In this document: in pieces, positions 14,243 to 24,519 of the stretch
How the letters are laid out: the number at the start of each line of letters is the position of its first letter
Numbering within the stretch: position 1 is the first letter of the stretch
Source: Raillietiella orientalis
Lineage: Eukaryota
Direction of reading: 5' to 3'
DNA length: 64,000 bases
Assembly (NCBI GenBank): GCA_036172245.1
Contig: JAYWIR010000089.1
Span: forward strand, 186,001 to 250,000
Translations under genes and position numbers: made by a program
Notes under the pieces: generated by a model
Databases searched by the model: none
Told to the model about the DNA's origin: nothing
The model's input: the letters and a program-made list of their open reading frames with translations, nothing else

Positions 14243-16757
14243 TCAGAACCGGCGGTGAATGCCGCCGATCTCCGTCCTCACTTCTGCTCCAAGATGTGGC
14301 CACCCGGCAGCCATTTGCAGGTTGCAGGCTGCGGTGTCAGGGACCGATGTTGGGACTGCTCGCATCAGTAATACGTGGCAGGCCCTAACAATAACGCGGA
14401 CGCAGCAGATGATTGCGACGACCGCTCCAAGAGAAAGTCCGCCACGCGTGTAGAAGCGGCGCATCCAATCCAGTGCGGTGTGTTCAGGGTGAAGGAGCGC
14501 TGAAGACAGCCGCTGCCACAGCTCCTGGAGGGCACCTCACTCAAACAGCAAATGCGGAAACGATTCCACCGCTCCGCATTTCGCACAGTTCAAGGACGCA
14601 ACTCCCCCGGAAATCAGGTGCGCCCGCTGGTTGCAGTACAAACCCCAATGCACCAGCAGGAAAGCGTCCTGCTTCCACCGAAGGGGGAAGAGAGTGGCGT
14701 CCAAACACGCAGAAGGGACCACAAGCTCATCGGTGGGCACCCCGAGGAGCTCACTCCACCGGAGAAGCCCCTTTGCAAGAATGCGAGGTGTGGCAGCGTC
14801 TGCCACTTCGCAAGTCCGCCAGCTGCCCAGCAGTCGGGTTTCGCCTGCGATTTCGCAAGTGATCTCCCACCTCGCCGGCAGGTCACTGTCATCTCGCACC
14901 ATCAGTGCACACAATGCTTCGGCGAGTGGCGTAGCGGCTAGGCGTGTCCACTGGTCCTGGTCTTCCAGCACCTCCCCACTGGACAGTATGGGGAAAGTTT
15001 CACGCAACGGAGTTCCAAACGGGACACATCCTGTTGCGCTGCCCAGGACGATAAGGCTTCCTGCCTCCAGGCGTTGAAGTTCGTCGGCCGGCAGGAGATT
15101 CACTAATGCTTTCCCAGAAGCGATGCGAGCTGCTTCAGAGGGAAGCCGAATCCTCTCTGGGCGCGCTCCGTGCGCAGATGCAACGAACGTAGTCCGTCGC
15201 CACCCGTGCTGCGCCGCAGCAGCAGCCGCGCTGGAGCACACCAGGGAGTAGTGAAGAGCTGCGAACAAAGTGCCAGCATGCGGAACTGCACTAGCAGTCC
15301 GATCCGCTCCAGCGTCAGGATGCCCAATCCTGCATCCCGCCGAGGAGCCGCCAAGTCCTTCAGGCGTATCCTGGACCTCGCCGGTCCCCACAGGGCGTTA
15401 CGCAACAGGCGTTGCGCCCGGCGCTTAGCCGAGTAGGGAGGGGAACAAACAAAAAAGAGGGGACGGAGGAGGGGGGCAACGAAAATGTTCCACACGAAGG
15501 TCCGTTCCGACAGGAGAAACCTGCCGCCTTGGAACGGGCCCAGAGCAGTCTCGGCCTTGTGAAGGCAGTCCGACCACGCTTCTGCTGGACAGAAGGCGCC
15601 CAAGGGAACGCCGAGGTACTTCAAGCACCTGATCGTGGGGATCCCCAGGCGGATCCAGTCGGACTGCCCCTCCAACGTAGAGCCAACCGCTACAACGGTT
15701 GATTTCGTCGTGTTCACGCTCAGGCCCGCTCCCCGACGAATGAGCTCGAAGAAGTCCTCTAGCCTGGACGCCGAGGTGGACATGGGCAGCAGCAGGAGAA
15801 GGTCGTCAGCATAGGCGGCCACGGCCGGTGTTCCCGGGCAGGAGCTCGGCAGGTTGGCCAGCGTCAGCCTGTACGCCCTCAGCACGAACCCAAAGAAGAT
15901 GCTGAAGAGCAGCGGGCCTAAGCTGTCCCCCTGCCTGATACCCCGCGTATGGGAACACCGTACACGTGACGCCCGCTGAAAGAGATACAGCATAACGCGT
16001 GGCGCCAGCAGGAGCGCAAGTAGGCGATGAGGTGCGTCGGGAGGCCTAGGCGTCCCAGAAGCTCTAGAGGGAGGTCCTGGTTTACGCTGTCGAACGCTTT
16101 GCACAGATCGACGGCGACCGATAAGGCTCCCGGCGTTCCATCGTGCCTTGAACACCGCCGCTTTTCTTTGGCAGCGGCGATTTCGGCTGCCTGGCTCTGC
16201 TGCGCTACGCGCTGCTGCGACTCGAACCATGTTCGCGCGAAGAAGAGAATCGCGTCCATGGACCGCCCCGGAACAGCATACGTCTGCTCCGGACTTACCA
16301 AGGACTCTGCGATTCTCCTCAGGCGCGCGACCCATAGCCTGGAGAACAACTTGACGTCCGAATTCACCAATGTGATCGGACGCCAGTTGCTGAGGTGGCG
16401 CAAATCACCGCCTTTCGGCAGGGGCCGCACCTTTGTTCAGCGGAAAGAAGCGGGAACATCTCCCGTCTCACGCATCAGCGAGGAAAGGCTTAGCACCAGG
16501 GGAACGAGCTTCGTCGCGAAGCACTGAAAGAACTCCGCGGGCAGGCCATCCTCCCCAGGCGCCTTACGCCTCTTCAGGCCCGCTGTGGCAGAAGATACTT
16601 CTTCCGCCGTGAAGGGCCAATCCAGTCTTGCGCGTTCCTCCTCGTCGATAGCACGGCTGCTCGTCGGAAGAAGCATCTCGGAGAGACTGCGTTCCGTGGG
16701 ATCCTCCGCGTACAACGAGGAGTAGTAGCGCTTGACTGCGCGGTGCACGGCGCACGC
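14243..16757 (-). pseudogene. Element B ORF2, RT and C-terminal zinc-finger part (frameshifts, stop)
   Basis: KAPGEDGLPAEFF, NWRPITLVNSDVKL, VDLCKAFDSV, GIRQGDSL, AAYADDLL, KYLGV, CAKCGAVESFPHLLFE across ORFs 16437, 15918, 15103, 14537. Confidence 0.93.
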
Positions 16758-16759
16758 AA

Positions 16760-19700
16760 CTTCGGGAGAGCGACAGCCGGAGCGCTCCGGCAACGCTCCG
16801 GCTGTCGCTCTCCCGAAGCGCAAAGCGGGCCGCAAGGTAGGCAACCCGCGGCGCTCCGCACCTCCACCGGCGGAGGAGGAAATGCGGTCGGACCACGACG
16901 ACGGGGAGGCGATGTCCGTGAGGTCTCGCGACTCCTCACCGGAGACGTCCCTGGCCAAGCAGGATCCTCCAACCACCACAACAACCACCGACGGACCGCC
17001 TCCTTGCGAGCAACAGCCCGTCGCAATGGATACACAACTCCCGCCTGCTGAACAGCAGGCGGAGGACGGTAAGCAAGCACAATAAACACACCAACGCGTG
17101 GACTCTCCTCCTGCCGGCGACTGCGCGTAATCTGTTGGAACGTCAACGAATTGCGCGACGACGGCAAGAGGAGAGAAGTGGCCGCCAGCCTGCGGGACTT
17201 CGACCTGGCGCTTCTGCAGGAGACGCACGTGCTCCACGCAGGGGAGGCCCAAGAAATCAAGCGGATCGCAGGCGGGCGGCTCGTATACCAAAACGGGAGA
17301 GACCACACCCGCGGTGTGGCTTTCATGCTGAAGCCAGCCGTCGTTAATGCGCTGCGCGACGTGCACTTCGACGGGGAAGGTCAAATCGGGCAGCTTGTTG
17401 CCATGTGGTCCGACGCGATCGACCTCGTCGTGACCAACGTGTATGCGCCCGGCACGAGCCACAGGCGCGGGGAACGCACTGCGTTCTTCGAAGGCCTGCG
17501 GCGAGATTGGCTGGCCGAAGCAGACATGCGAAAGGCGCACCTCATTGCCGGGGACTTTAACGTCCGCCTGCTGGCAGGTGCGCCCGACATTCGCGCACAG
17601 CTGGTCAACGAGATGTGCGCTGCCATGCACGCGCGCAACTTGTTGGCCGGTGACGCCAGGACGGAGACGAGGATCGACCACATGTTCCTCGACAACCACC
17701 TGTGTTCGCGGGTGAGAAATCGAGGGGCAGTGCCATCCGAACTTTCCGACCATCCCCGGCTCGCGCTAGAAATACACCCGCGCGGTAGAGGTCCACCCTC
17801 CACAGCGTGGCGTTTGCCAGGGGACTGGTTGCGCCTCGCAGGAGCAGCGCAACATCTTCGCTCGTTCCTGCAAGGCTTCCATCTGCAGTCGCTCGCGGAC
17901 TGGGACGACTTGAAGAGCTCAGTCCGCGAGTTCTGCGACCAGTTTCCTCTGAACCGTCTCCCTCCAGGTTTCGGCGGAGGGCTGAGGAACGACCGGGCAT
18001 ACCAGCACGCCCGTCTTTACTCTAGGACTCCCGACGTTCGACGCCTGGCGGAGTATAAAGCTGGGGCTGAGCGACAGACCTGGCAATCCGGGTCGCCCAG
18101 CCTGCTGGACGCCCAAGGCCAAGAATGCTCAGCTCCGGCGAGAATAAACCGCATCCTGCGGGACTATTACTCCTCCTTGTACGCGCGTAGAAAAACAGAG
18201 AACGCCGTGGCGCAGCGCTTGCTGCCGCAAGGCGCCCCCGCGTTGCAGGAGGAGCAGGCACATGAACTCGCGGAGCCTTTCTCGATGGCGGAGATCGTCT
18301 CCGCCATCGGAAAGCTCCGAAAGAGAAAAGCACCAGGGGAAGACGGTCTGCCCGCGGAGTTCTACCAAGGCTTCGTGGCGGATCTGGCCCCCCTGGTGCA
18401 TCGGCTATGCATGCTGATCCGACAACAAGGGGACGTCCCCAAATCGTTCCGGTCAGCTAGAGTACGTCTCCTGCCGGAAGGAGGAGACAATCGCAACGTA
18501 GGCAACTGGCGTCCCATCACAGTAGTGAATGCGGATGCGAAGTTGCTTGCCAAGCTTTGGGCTGAGCGACTGGGACGGGTGGCGGAATCCGTGGTGAGTC
18601 CGGAGCAGACATACGCTGTTCCCGGACGAAGCATGGAGGCCAAACTGTTACTCGCCAGTACATGGTGGCAGTTGCAACAAAGCCAAGACCAGGGAGGTCA
18701 AGAGAATCCTGCATTCTCCTCTGACCAGGGAGGGGACGCCCTTCATGGAAGAGCCGCGCCCGGTGCCCTTGCGGTCGCAGTCGATCTGCGTAAAGCGTTC
18801 GATTGCGTCGACCAGGAACTGCTTCTGGAGCTCCTGGAACGCTTGGAATTCCCGGCCGTCTTCCGGGCTTACCTGCGCTCCTGCTGGCGCTTCGCTCTAA
18901 TAAACATCTCTTTTAGCGGCCGGCACGTGTACGGCGTGCCGGTTCGGCGTGGCATAAGGCAGGGTGACAGTCTGAGCCCCATGCTCTTCAGCATCTACTT
19001 CGAGCTGGTGCTGAGGGCATACCGGGAGACTCTGGCAACCCTGCCAAGCTCGTGTCCCGGCACGCCTGCCGTGTCGGCCTACGCCGACGACCTTCTGCTC
19101 CTGCTCCCCGGGTCCACCCCGGCGTCGGCTCTCGAAGATTTCTTTGAGTTGCTGCGCCGCGGGACGGGCCTCGAGGTGAACAGAGAGAAATCTTCCATCG
19201 TTCCAACATCACCACAACTTTTCAACAATACGGCGTGGGCCGGACAACCGGACTGGATCCGCTTGGGGATCCCCACGGGCAGGTGCTTCAAGTACCTTGG
19301 CGTTCCGTTGGGGGACTTCTGCGTTGCAGAAGCCTGGTCCGACCGTCTCCGAAAGGTGGAGTTGGCGTTCGGCCCGTTCCGGAACAGCAAGTTTTACTTG
19401 CAGGAGCGGGCCGCGGTGTGGAACGCGTTCGCGGCCCCCCTCCTTCGCTTCTTACTTTTTGTTTGCCCCGCCCCTCCCATCATAAAGAGACGGACCAAAG
19501 CCCTCTTGAGGACTGCCCTTTGGGGCACAGCGAGGTCGCGAGTCCGATTGAAAGACTTGTGCGCTCCACGCAGGGATGGTGGCTTGGGCCTCCTTACGTT
19601 GGAGCGCATCCAACTTCAAACAACAATTCGAAAGTTAGCCCTTGCGGCTAGCTCATGGATGACGCCATGGTGCGATCCGGCACGGCTCCTCGCCAGAAGA

Positions 19701-20952
19701 GCGACCGGCTGCGAAGAATTGTCCTCGATCCTCGTGGCCTACCAGCGCAGCCTCTCCAACTGTGGTCCCGATTTGCGCCTGATGGTCGCCCTGATGAGGG
19801 AGAATACCTGGATCTCCTGCATCCCCGCGAACTGCACTGCCTGGCTTCAGGAGTCAGCTTCCGCGTGGGCTAAGATCAAGGGCACGAGTGAGGCGGAATA
19901 CAACTGCCTACGACGAGGACCGTACGCTCGACAGCCGCTGCAGGATATTATCAACACGCCCCGGAAGTTTCTGTGGGCTTCTTTCAGCCCCCTTGCCCCC
20001 GTTCTATCCTCCCTGAAAAACAGTAGGAGCAGCAACGAGCTGGCATCGTGGGAAGTTTCCAGCCTCATCCGAGGCAGGAAAAAACCTTTAAAGGCGTGGA
20101 CGACTCGGGAGCTCACGGACGCTGCCACCCCGAGCGTCCCGCCTCACGGACTTGCGCGCTGGGGAGAGCTGCTCGCAATACCTCCGGAGGAGGTGAAGTG
20201 GCCCCCAGCGTGTTGGGATTGCAGCACCCTTCCGTTGAAGTGGCAGGAGACGGCGTTGCTATTTCTGCACTGGGGACTGTTAAGCAGAGCACGCCTGTCT
20301 CACTGGACACTGGGGAATGTGGATGCCCGCTGTGTCGAGTGCGGAGAAAGAGAAACCTTCCCGCATCTCACCCTCGAGTGTGTCGCCCTGGATGGACTCT
20401 GGAGTCGAATCGCCCCAATCCTCCATCTTCCAGTAGGCTACCCTAAGGAAATTTACCGTCGCCTCTTTCTGCGTGACGGCCTGCGCCCCGCTGCGTCTCT
20501 AGCAGTCCTCTGCTGCGTGCGCGGCATTGTGCAAAGGTGGCACGCCAGAAGAAGAGGCCCAAGATGCAGGGACGCCATCCACTGGACGACGATCTCTTTA
20601 GAGACGGCGACAAGGTGGCGTCTACCTTTCACAGTTAAAGCAGAACTTGACTGCATCCTTAACAGGATGCGGAGGACCGACCCAGGCGCCCAGTGATCCC
20701 TTCCCTGCCCCCCCCCTCTCCCCATACAACTGTTTCCTTCCCCGTTATCTCTCTTTTTGTTTGTTTTTGTTCTAGTTTTCCCTTCCCATGCGCCTCGGGA
20801 ATGGACCTAACCGGTCTATGCACCGGCAACCGACACGTCAACCAAGGTGCGAAAACCAAGTGTTTCCCACAATTAACTTTTGAAAGACTTTATTATCTAA
20901 TTTTTGAAGAAAATTAGAATAATAAATGCCCCGGCATATCCGGGTGGCAAAC
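16760..20952 (+). mobile_element. Element A: 5'-truncated LINE (ORF1 tail, complete ORF2, 3' UTR) inside element B
   Basis: ORF1 tail ends at 17085; ORF2 ends at 20696; UTR ends AATAAAtgccccggcatatccgggtggcaaac; both flanks are adjacent parts of B ORF2 on the minus strand. Confidence 0.93.
17094..20696 (+). CDS. Non-LTR retrotransposon ORF2 (APE endonuclease, reverse transcriptase, CCHC zinc finger), uninterrupted frame
   Basis: ORF track 17151..20696, 1181 aa; frame is open from ACG at 17094, the position of ATG in sister copies. Motifs WNVN, LQETH, NVYAP, GDFN, RIDH, SDH; WRPI, DLRKAFD, GIRQGDSLSP, YADD, KYLG; CVECGERETFPHLTLEC. Confidence 0.95.
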   Translation, partial: TRGLSSCRRLRVICWNVNELRDDGKRREVAASLRDFDLALLQETHVLHAGEAQEIKRIAGGRLVYQNGRDHTRGVAFMLKPAVVNALRDVHFDGEGQIGQLVAMWSDAIDLVVTNVYAPGTSHRRGERTAFFEGLRRDWLAEADMRKAHLIAGDFNVRLLAGAPDIRAQLVNEMCAAMHARNLLAGDARTETRIDHMFLDNHLCSRVRNRGAVPSELSDHPRLALEIHPRGRGPPSTAWRLPGDWLRLAGAAQHLRSFLQGFHLQSLADWDDLKSSVREFCDQFPLNRLPPGFGGGLRNDRAYQHARLYSRTPDVRRLAEYKAGAERQTWQSGSPSLLDAQGQECSAPARINRILRDYYSSLYARRKTENAVAQRLLPQGAPALQEEQAHELAEPFSMAEIVSAIGKLRKRKAPGEDGLPAEFYQGFVADLAPLVHRLCMLIRQQGDVPKSFRSARVRLLPEGGDNRNVGNWRPITVVNADAKLLAKLWAERLGRVAESVVSPEQTYAVPGRSMEAKLLLASTWWQLQQSQDQGGQENPAFSSDQGGDALHGRAAPGALAVAVDLRKAFDCVDQELLLELLERLEFPAVFRAYLRSCWRFALINISFSGRHVYGVPVRRGIRQGDSLSPMLFSIYFELVLRAYRETLATLPSSCPGTPAVSAYADDLLLLLPGSTPASALEDFFELLRRGTGLEVNREKSSIVPTSPQLFNNTAWAGQPDWIRLGIPTGRCFKYLGVPLGDFCVAEAWSDRLRKVELAFGPFRNSKFYLQERAAVWNAFAAPLLRFLLFVCPAPPIIKRRTKALLRTALWGTARSRVRLKDLCAPRRDGGLGLLTLERIQLQTTIRKLALAASSWMTPWCDPARLLARRATGCEELSSILVAYQRSLSNCGPDLRLMVALMRENTWISCIPANCTAWLQESASAWAKIKGTSEAEYNCLRRGPYARQPLQDIINTPRKFLWASFSPLAPVLSSLKNSRSSNELASWEVSSLIRGRKKPLKAWTTRELTDAATPSVPPHGLARWGELLAIPPEEVKWPPACWDCSTLPLKWQETALLFLHWGLLSRARLSHWTLGNVDARCVECGERETFPHLTLECVALDGLWSRIAPILHLPVGYPKEIYRRLFLRDGLRPAASLAVLCCVRGIVQRWHARRRGPRCRDAIHWTTISLETATRWRLPFTVKAELDCILNRMRRTDPGAQ

Positions 20953-22008
20953 TTCGGCTGCAGCCGAGCATTCCTGGCCAGCGTCATCGAGCAGACAAGC
21001 CGCTCCAGACTGCCAAACCTGGCGTTCGGCCCTGGCCTTATACTCCGCCAGACGCCGGACGTCCGGGCATCGTGAAAAGGTACGCGCCTGCAGATAGGAT
21101 CTGCTGTTCGCGACGACCTCCCCGAAGCCGCGGGGAAGCAGGTGCAAGGGGAAACGGCAGCAGAACTCGCGGACCGATCTTCTCAGATCGTCTTAGTCCT
21201 CGAGTTCACAGATGGCGAAGCCCCGGAGGTGTTGGCGGAGATGGTCCACCGCCTGCGAATTGCTGAGCCAGTCGGCCGGCAGCCTCCAGACATTCATCGT
21301 AGGCCCTTTGCCAGGCGGAAGGAGCTCTAACTCCAGTCTAGGATGATCCGAAATCGCGGACAGCAGGCGCCCTCTCCGACCTACTCGTGAGAGCAGGTGT
21401 TCATCGAGGAACGCATGGTCCGGCAATCTCTCCATCCCGGGCTCACCAGCAAGCAAGTTTTTCACGTGCACGGACGCGCATACCTCGCTCACCAGTTGCT
21501 TCTCTCTCAAGCGGCATCTCTCCTCTGTAAGCAGGTGGACGTTGAAGTCTCCTGCAAGGAGGTGCGCCACGTTAGGGCAGGAGTCAGCGAGCCAGCGGCT
21601 GCGCAGGCCACCCAGGAATGCAAGTCGCTGGGCGTAATGCCGGCCTGCGCTCGGAGCGTAGATGTTCGTAAAGACCAGGTCGACCGACTCGGACCACTTG
21701 AGGACAAGTTGGCCCACACGACCTTCCTCGTCGGAACAAACGTTCCGCACCGCCTCCGCCACCCTGCCTCGGACGAGGAACGCGACTCCGCACGTGTGCG
21801 CGGAGCCTTGCCGCCAGTGTAGCGTCCCGCCCGCGCGCTCTTCCAGATCCGATGCCTCCCGTACGGAGATGCTATGTATCTCCTGCAGCAGCACTAGATC
21901 GAACGCGCGCAAAGCGTTGGCTACCGTCCGCCTTTTGTCAGCATCACGTAGCCCGTTCACATTCCAAGAGGCCACGCTGACGCGACGAGCGGACGCGAGT
22001 CCACGCAT
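20953..22008 (-). pseudogene. Element B ORF2 endonuclease and linker
   Basis: 21193..22023 WNVNGL, LQEIH, NIYAP, GDFN, SDH; frame broken near 21193 and cut by element A at GQECSAAAE. Confidence 0.93.
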
Positions 22009-23950
22009 CACTGCTGCGGACATGACGGCGTGCTCCTCGCCCCGTCGGGCGAGAAGTCAGCTGGTAGGAGAGCGGATTGGGAAGCGGAATCGCTCCCGTT
22101 CGCCGCCACATCGCGCCCAGCTGAGTCCTGGGAGCCGAGGATCATCGGCTCGGTCTCCGTGCAGGAGCGGGAACCGCCTCCGGCAACAGGCTCGTGCTTT
22201 CGCACTTTAGCCCGGCGCGCTTCCGGCTTACCCCGGGATGCGCGTTCCATTTGTTTGCACGCGGACTCCACCTCGGAGTCCGAGTGCCTGGCGCGAGACT
22301 GGCGTTTTGCCAGTCTCTTTTTGTTTCGGCAGGTGGAGGCTTGCCCTGCCCGCGCGGGGGTCGTCGCAGTCGCCAACGCAGCTTCCGGAGCTTTGGCTTC
22401 CACAGCCGCCCTCTCGCGCGAAGCGACGGAGACAGAGCACGCAGCCGTAGTGCGTACCTGGGTACGCACCTTCTTCGGCGTGCTTCTCTTTTGCCTCCCA
22501 CCCACCTTAAGGATGGGGAATATTGAAGAGTCAACCTTCTTCTTCCCCTTCGTGGGCGTCCTGGAGACTCGAGTCCAGCCCGCGTCGGGGACGCCCTCCT
22601 GGGAGGCCGACGCCTCCCTCAATTGTTTGGCCGGAGATGCCGGCTCACGTTTCGCGCTCGCGGCGGGAGACGGCTCCGTCCCCGTTACGCACTGCACCTG
22701 CTCCTTAGCCGATGCGGGCGAAACGCCGGTCATTGCCGTCGTCCCGCGAGGCGCTATTGCAGCCTTCGCTGTTCGTGCCTTCGGCGTGGAAGACGTGATC
22801 TCCACCGCCGTAGGAGGAGACTGCCGTTCAGAGGCAGCTCCGGGGGTACCCGCGCACGGTTTCCCGTGTGCTCCGCTGGACGCGCAAGCGGACGCGGACG
22901 GTTCAGCTGCCTTGATTGAGTGCGTGCCCGCACTCTTAGGCTGCTTCGAAGGGGGCGATTTGCCCCCAGGGCGACGTGGCATCTTTCCCGTCTGCGCGGT
23001 TCTCTGGGCTGGTGGCTTCCCTGAAGCAACCGCGTCCTTTTTCGCGGGACCTCCACTCGAAGATGCCCCGCCCTTCGCGCCCGATTTCTCCCGTGGCACA
23101 ACGGGGGATCTTTTCGGCGCGGACGGGGTCGATTGTTGGCGGCTTTTCGCCTGCCGCTTTTTCTTCAGCTCGGCGCACTCTTTGATGGAGTGGCCGAGCT
23201 GTTTACAATAGCGGCAGTTGCGTGAAGGGCACGTCCACGGACGGTGGCCCTCTGCACCGCAAATGCCGCAAGCCGGTCGCTGACCGGCAAATTTAAGGTG
23301 GACGATCGCTTCGCCCACCTGCAAGTGCGGAGGCATTTGCCTCCTATCCGCCATGGTGACACGCGCCATGGCAAGTCCGCTGTGGAGAGATGCAATCCTT
23401 TTGATCGGATTATCTGCTCTCCACAGCGCGTGCACCGTGGCGAATGCACTTAGTGCAGCGACGAGCACGCGATCGGGCGTGTCCACCTGGACGGCGGATA
23501 ATCGGACCACGAACGACTGGTCCATGGCCGACGGGACGACTTCCTTCCCGCGGATATTTAGCGGGGTGCGGAGAAGGCGCTGGACTAGGGATGCCTCTTT
23601 GCAGTGCACCTCCCAGTGTCCGAGCGCGTTAACCAGCATGACGGCCAGGAGGTCGTCCTGTCGGACCCGACCCGCAAAAGCTCGTCCCACAAATTTTCTC
23701 TGACCTTGTCGGAGGTAGAAGCACTCACCGGATAGCAGAGCGCAGGCTTGTATCCATGGGCTGCATATGCCTGCAGCTCTGCTTCGTCGGGCGGTGCTCC
23801 GTTGGCTGCCGCCGCCTTGACGACGGCGGCGAAGCTTCTCGCCGGTGGCGAGACACAAGAATCAGAGGCGGACCGGACATGTGGAGTAGAGTCTCCACTG
23901 CCAGTAGCAGCCTCCACATCCATCTTTTGCTGCAGGGGCTCCGTGGACAT
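22008..23950 (-). pseudogene. Element B ORF1 (gag-like, twin zinc knuckle, long basic low-complexity tail), one frameshift near 23730
   Basis: MSTEPLQQK...ELQAYAAHGYKPALCY then CGICGAEGHRPWTC / CRYCKQLGHSIKEC in 22008..23858. Confidence 0.9.
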
Positions 23951-24035
23951 CCCAGTGGACGCACTCGGGCACACCACACACAAAAAGACGGAAAGGAATC
24001 ACGCTCGAGGAACAACACAGTACACGTCCGTGCGG

Positions 24036-24303
24036 GCGTCGTCGTCGAGCGTATTCCCGACCGCTGCGTAAAAGAACTCGCCGCTACCGACGACAACCCC
24101 ACTGTTGACTCTGTCAACAGCGAGGGGAGCGAGCCGGCGGCGTCGTCCGTCGTCGACACCACCATCGATGACGTAGCCTTCGCGCGAGCCGCGGAAGAGC
24201 TGGCAGCCTCGTTGCAGCCAGAACCCTCCAAGGCTGGCAAGAAGGCCGTAAGGCGTCCGGCCTCCCCTCAGGAGTCCCCCACTTCCGACCCCGAGGTGGA
24301 TGC
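24036..24303 (+). mobile_element. Element C, middle ORF1 fragment resuming after element B
   Basis: VVVERIPDRCVKELAATDD...KKAVRRPASPQESPTSDPEVDA continues CSVVV of 14037 and aligns to element L ORF1 (KKAVRRPA). Confidence 0.85.
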
Positions 24304-24519
24304 TTATTATCTCTCTTTTTGTTTGTTTTTGTTCTAGTTTTCCCTTTCCATGCGCCTCGGGAATGGACCTAACCGGTCTATGCACCGGCAACCGATACGT
24401 CAAGCAAGGTGGGAGAACCCAGTGTTTTTTCCACAGAAAACATCTTTTTAAAGACTTTATTATCTAATTTTTGTAGAAAATTAGAATAATAAATGCTCCG
24501 GCATATCCGGGTGGCAAAC
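24304..24519 (+). mobile_element. Isolated A/C-family 3' UTR and terminus
   Basis: Close copy of ~20745-20952 including AATAAA and ccgggtggcaaac end. Confidence 0.9.

Larger units (their letters stand above)
14038..24035 (-). mobile_element. Element B: apparently full-length Tx1/L1-like LINE, interrupted by element A
   Basis: 5' UTR, ORF1 (23950-22008), ORF2 (22008-20953 then 16757-14243), 3' UTR and terminal hairpin; flanked by gcgttgtcgt (14028-14037) / gcgtcgtcgt (24036-24045). Confidence 0.92.

Noticed and set aside
12846..16757. A novel element with convergent gag and RT genes on opposite strands
   Set aside because: TSD and resumption of the C ORF1 at 24036 show it is B inserted antisense into C and then duplicated; B has its own ORF1.
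16437..17753. 438-aa minus-strand ORF
   Set aside because: Chimera of antisense element A sequence and a piece of B ORF2 across a junction.
17094..20696. Bacterial RT system (group II intron, retron, DGR) suggested by YADD
   Set aside because: N-terminal APE endonuclease, CCHC ORF1, AATAAA and variable TSDs indicate a eukaryotic non-LTR retrotransposon.
22030..23211. 393-aa plus-strand ORF and many similar GC-rich ORFs
   Set aside because: Antisense shadows of ORF1/ORF2 with no motifs.
20745..24519. LTR pair or DIRS-type split repeats (20745-20952 and 24304-24519)
   Set aside because: They are LINE 3' UTRs; no TG...CA ends, integrase, protease or tyrosine recombinase seen.
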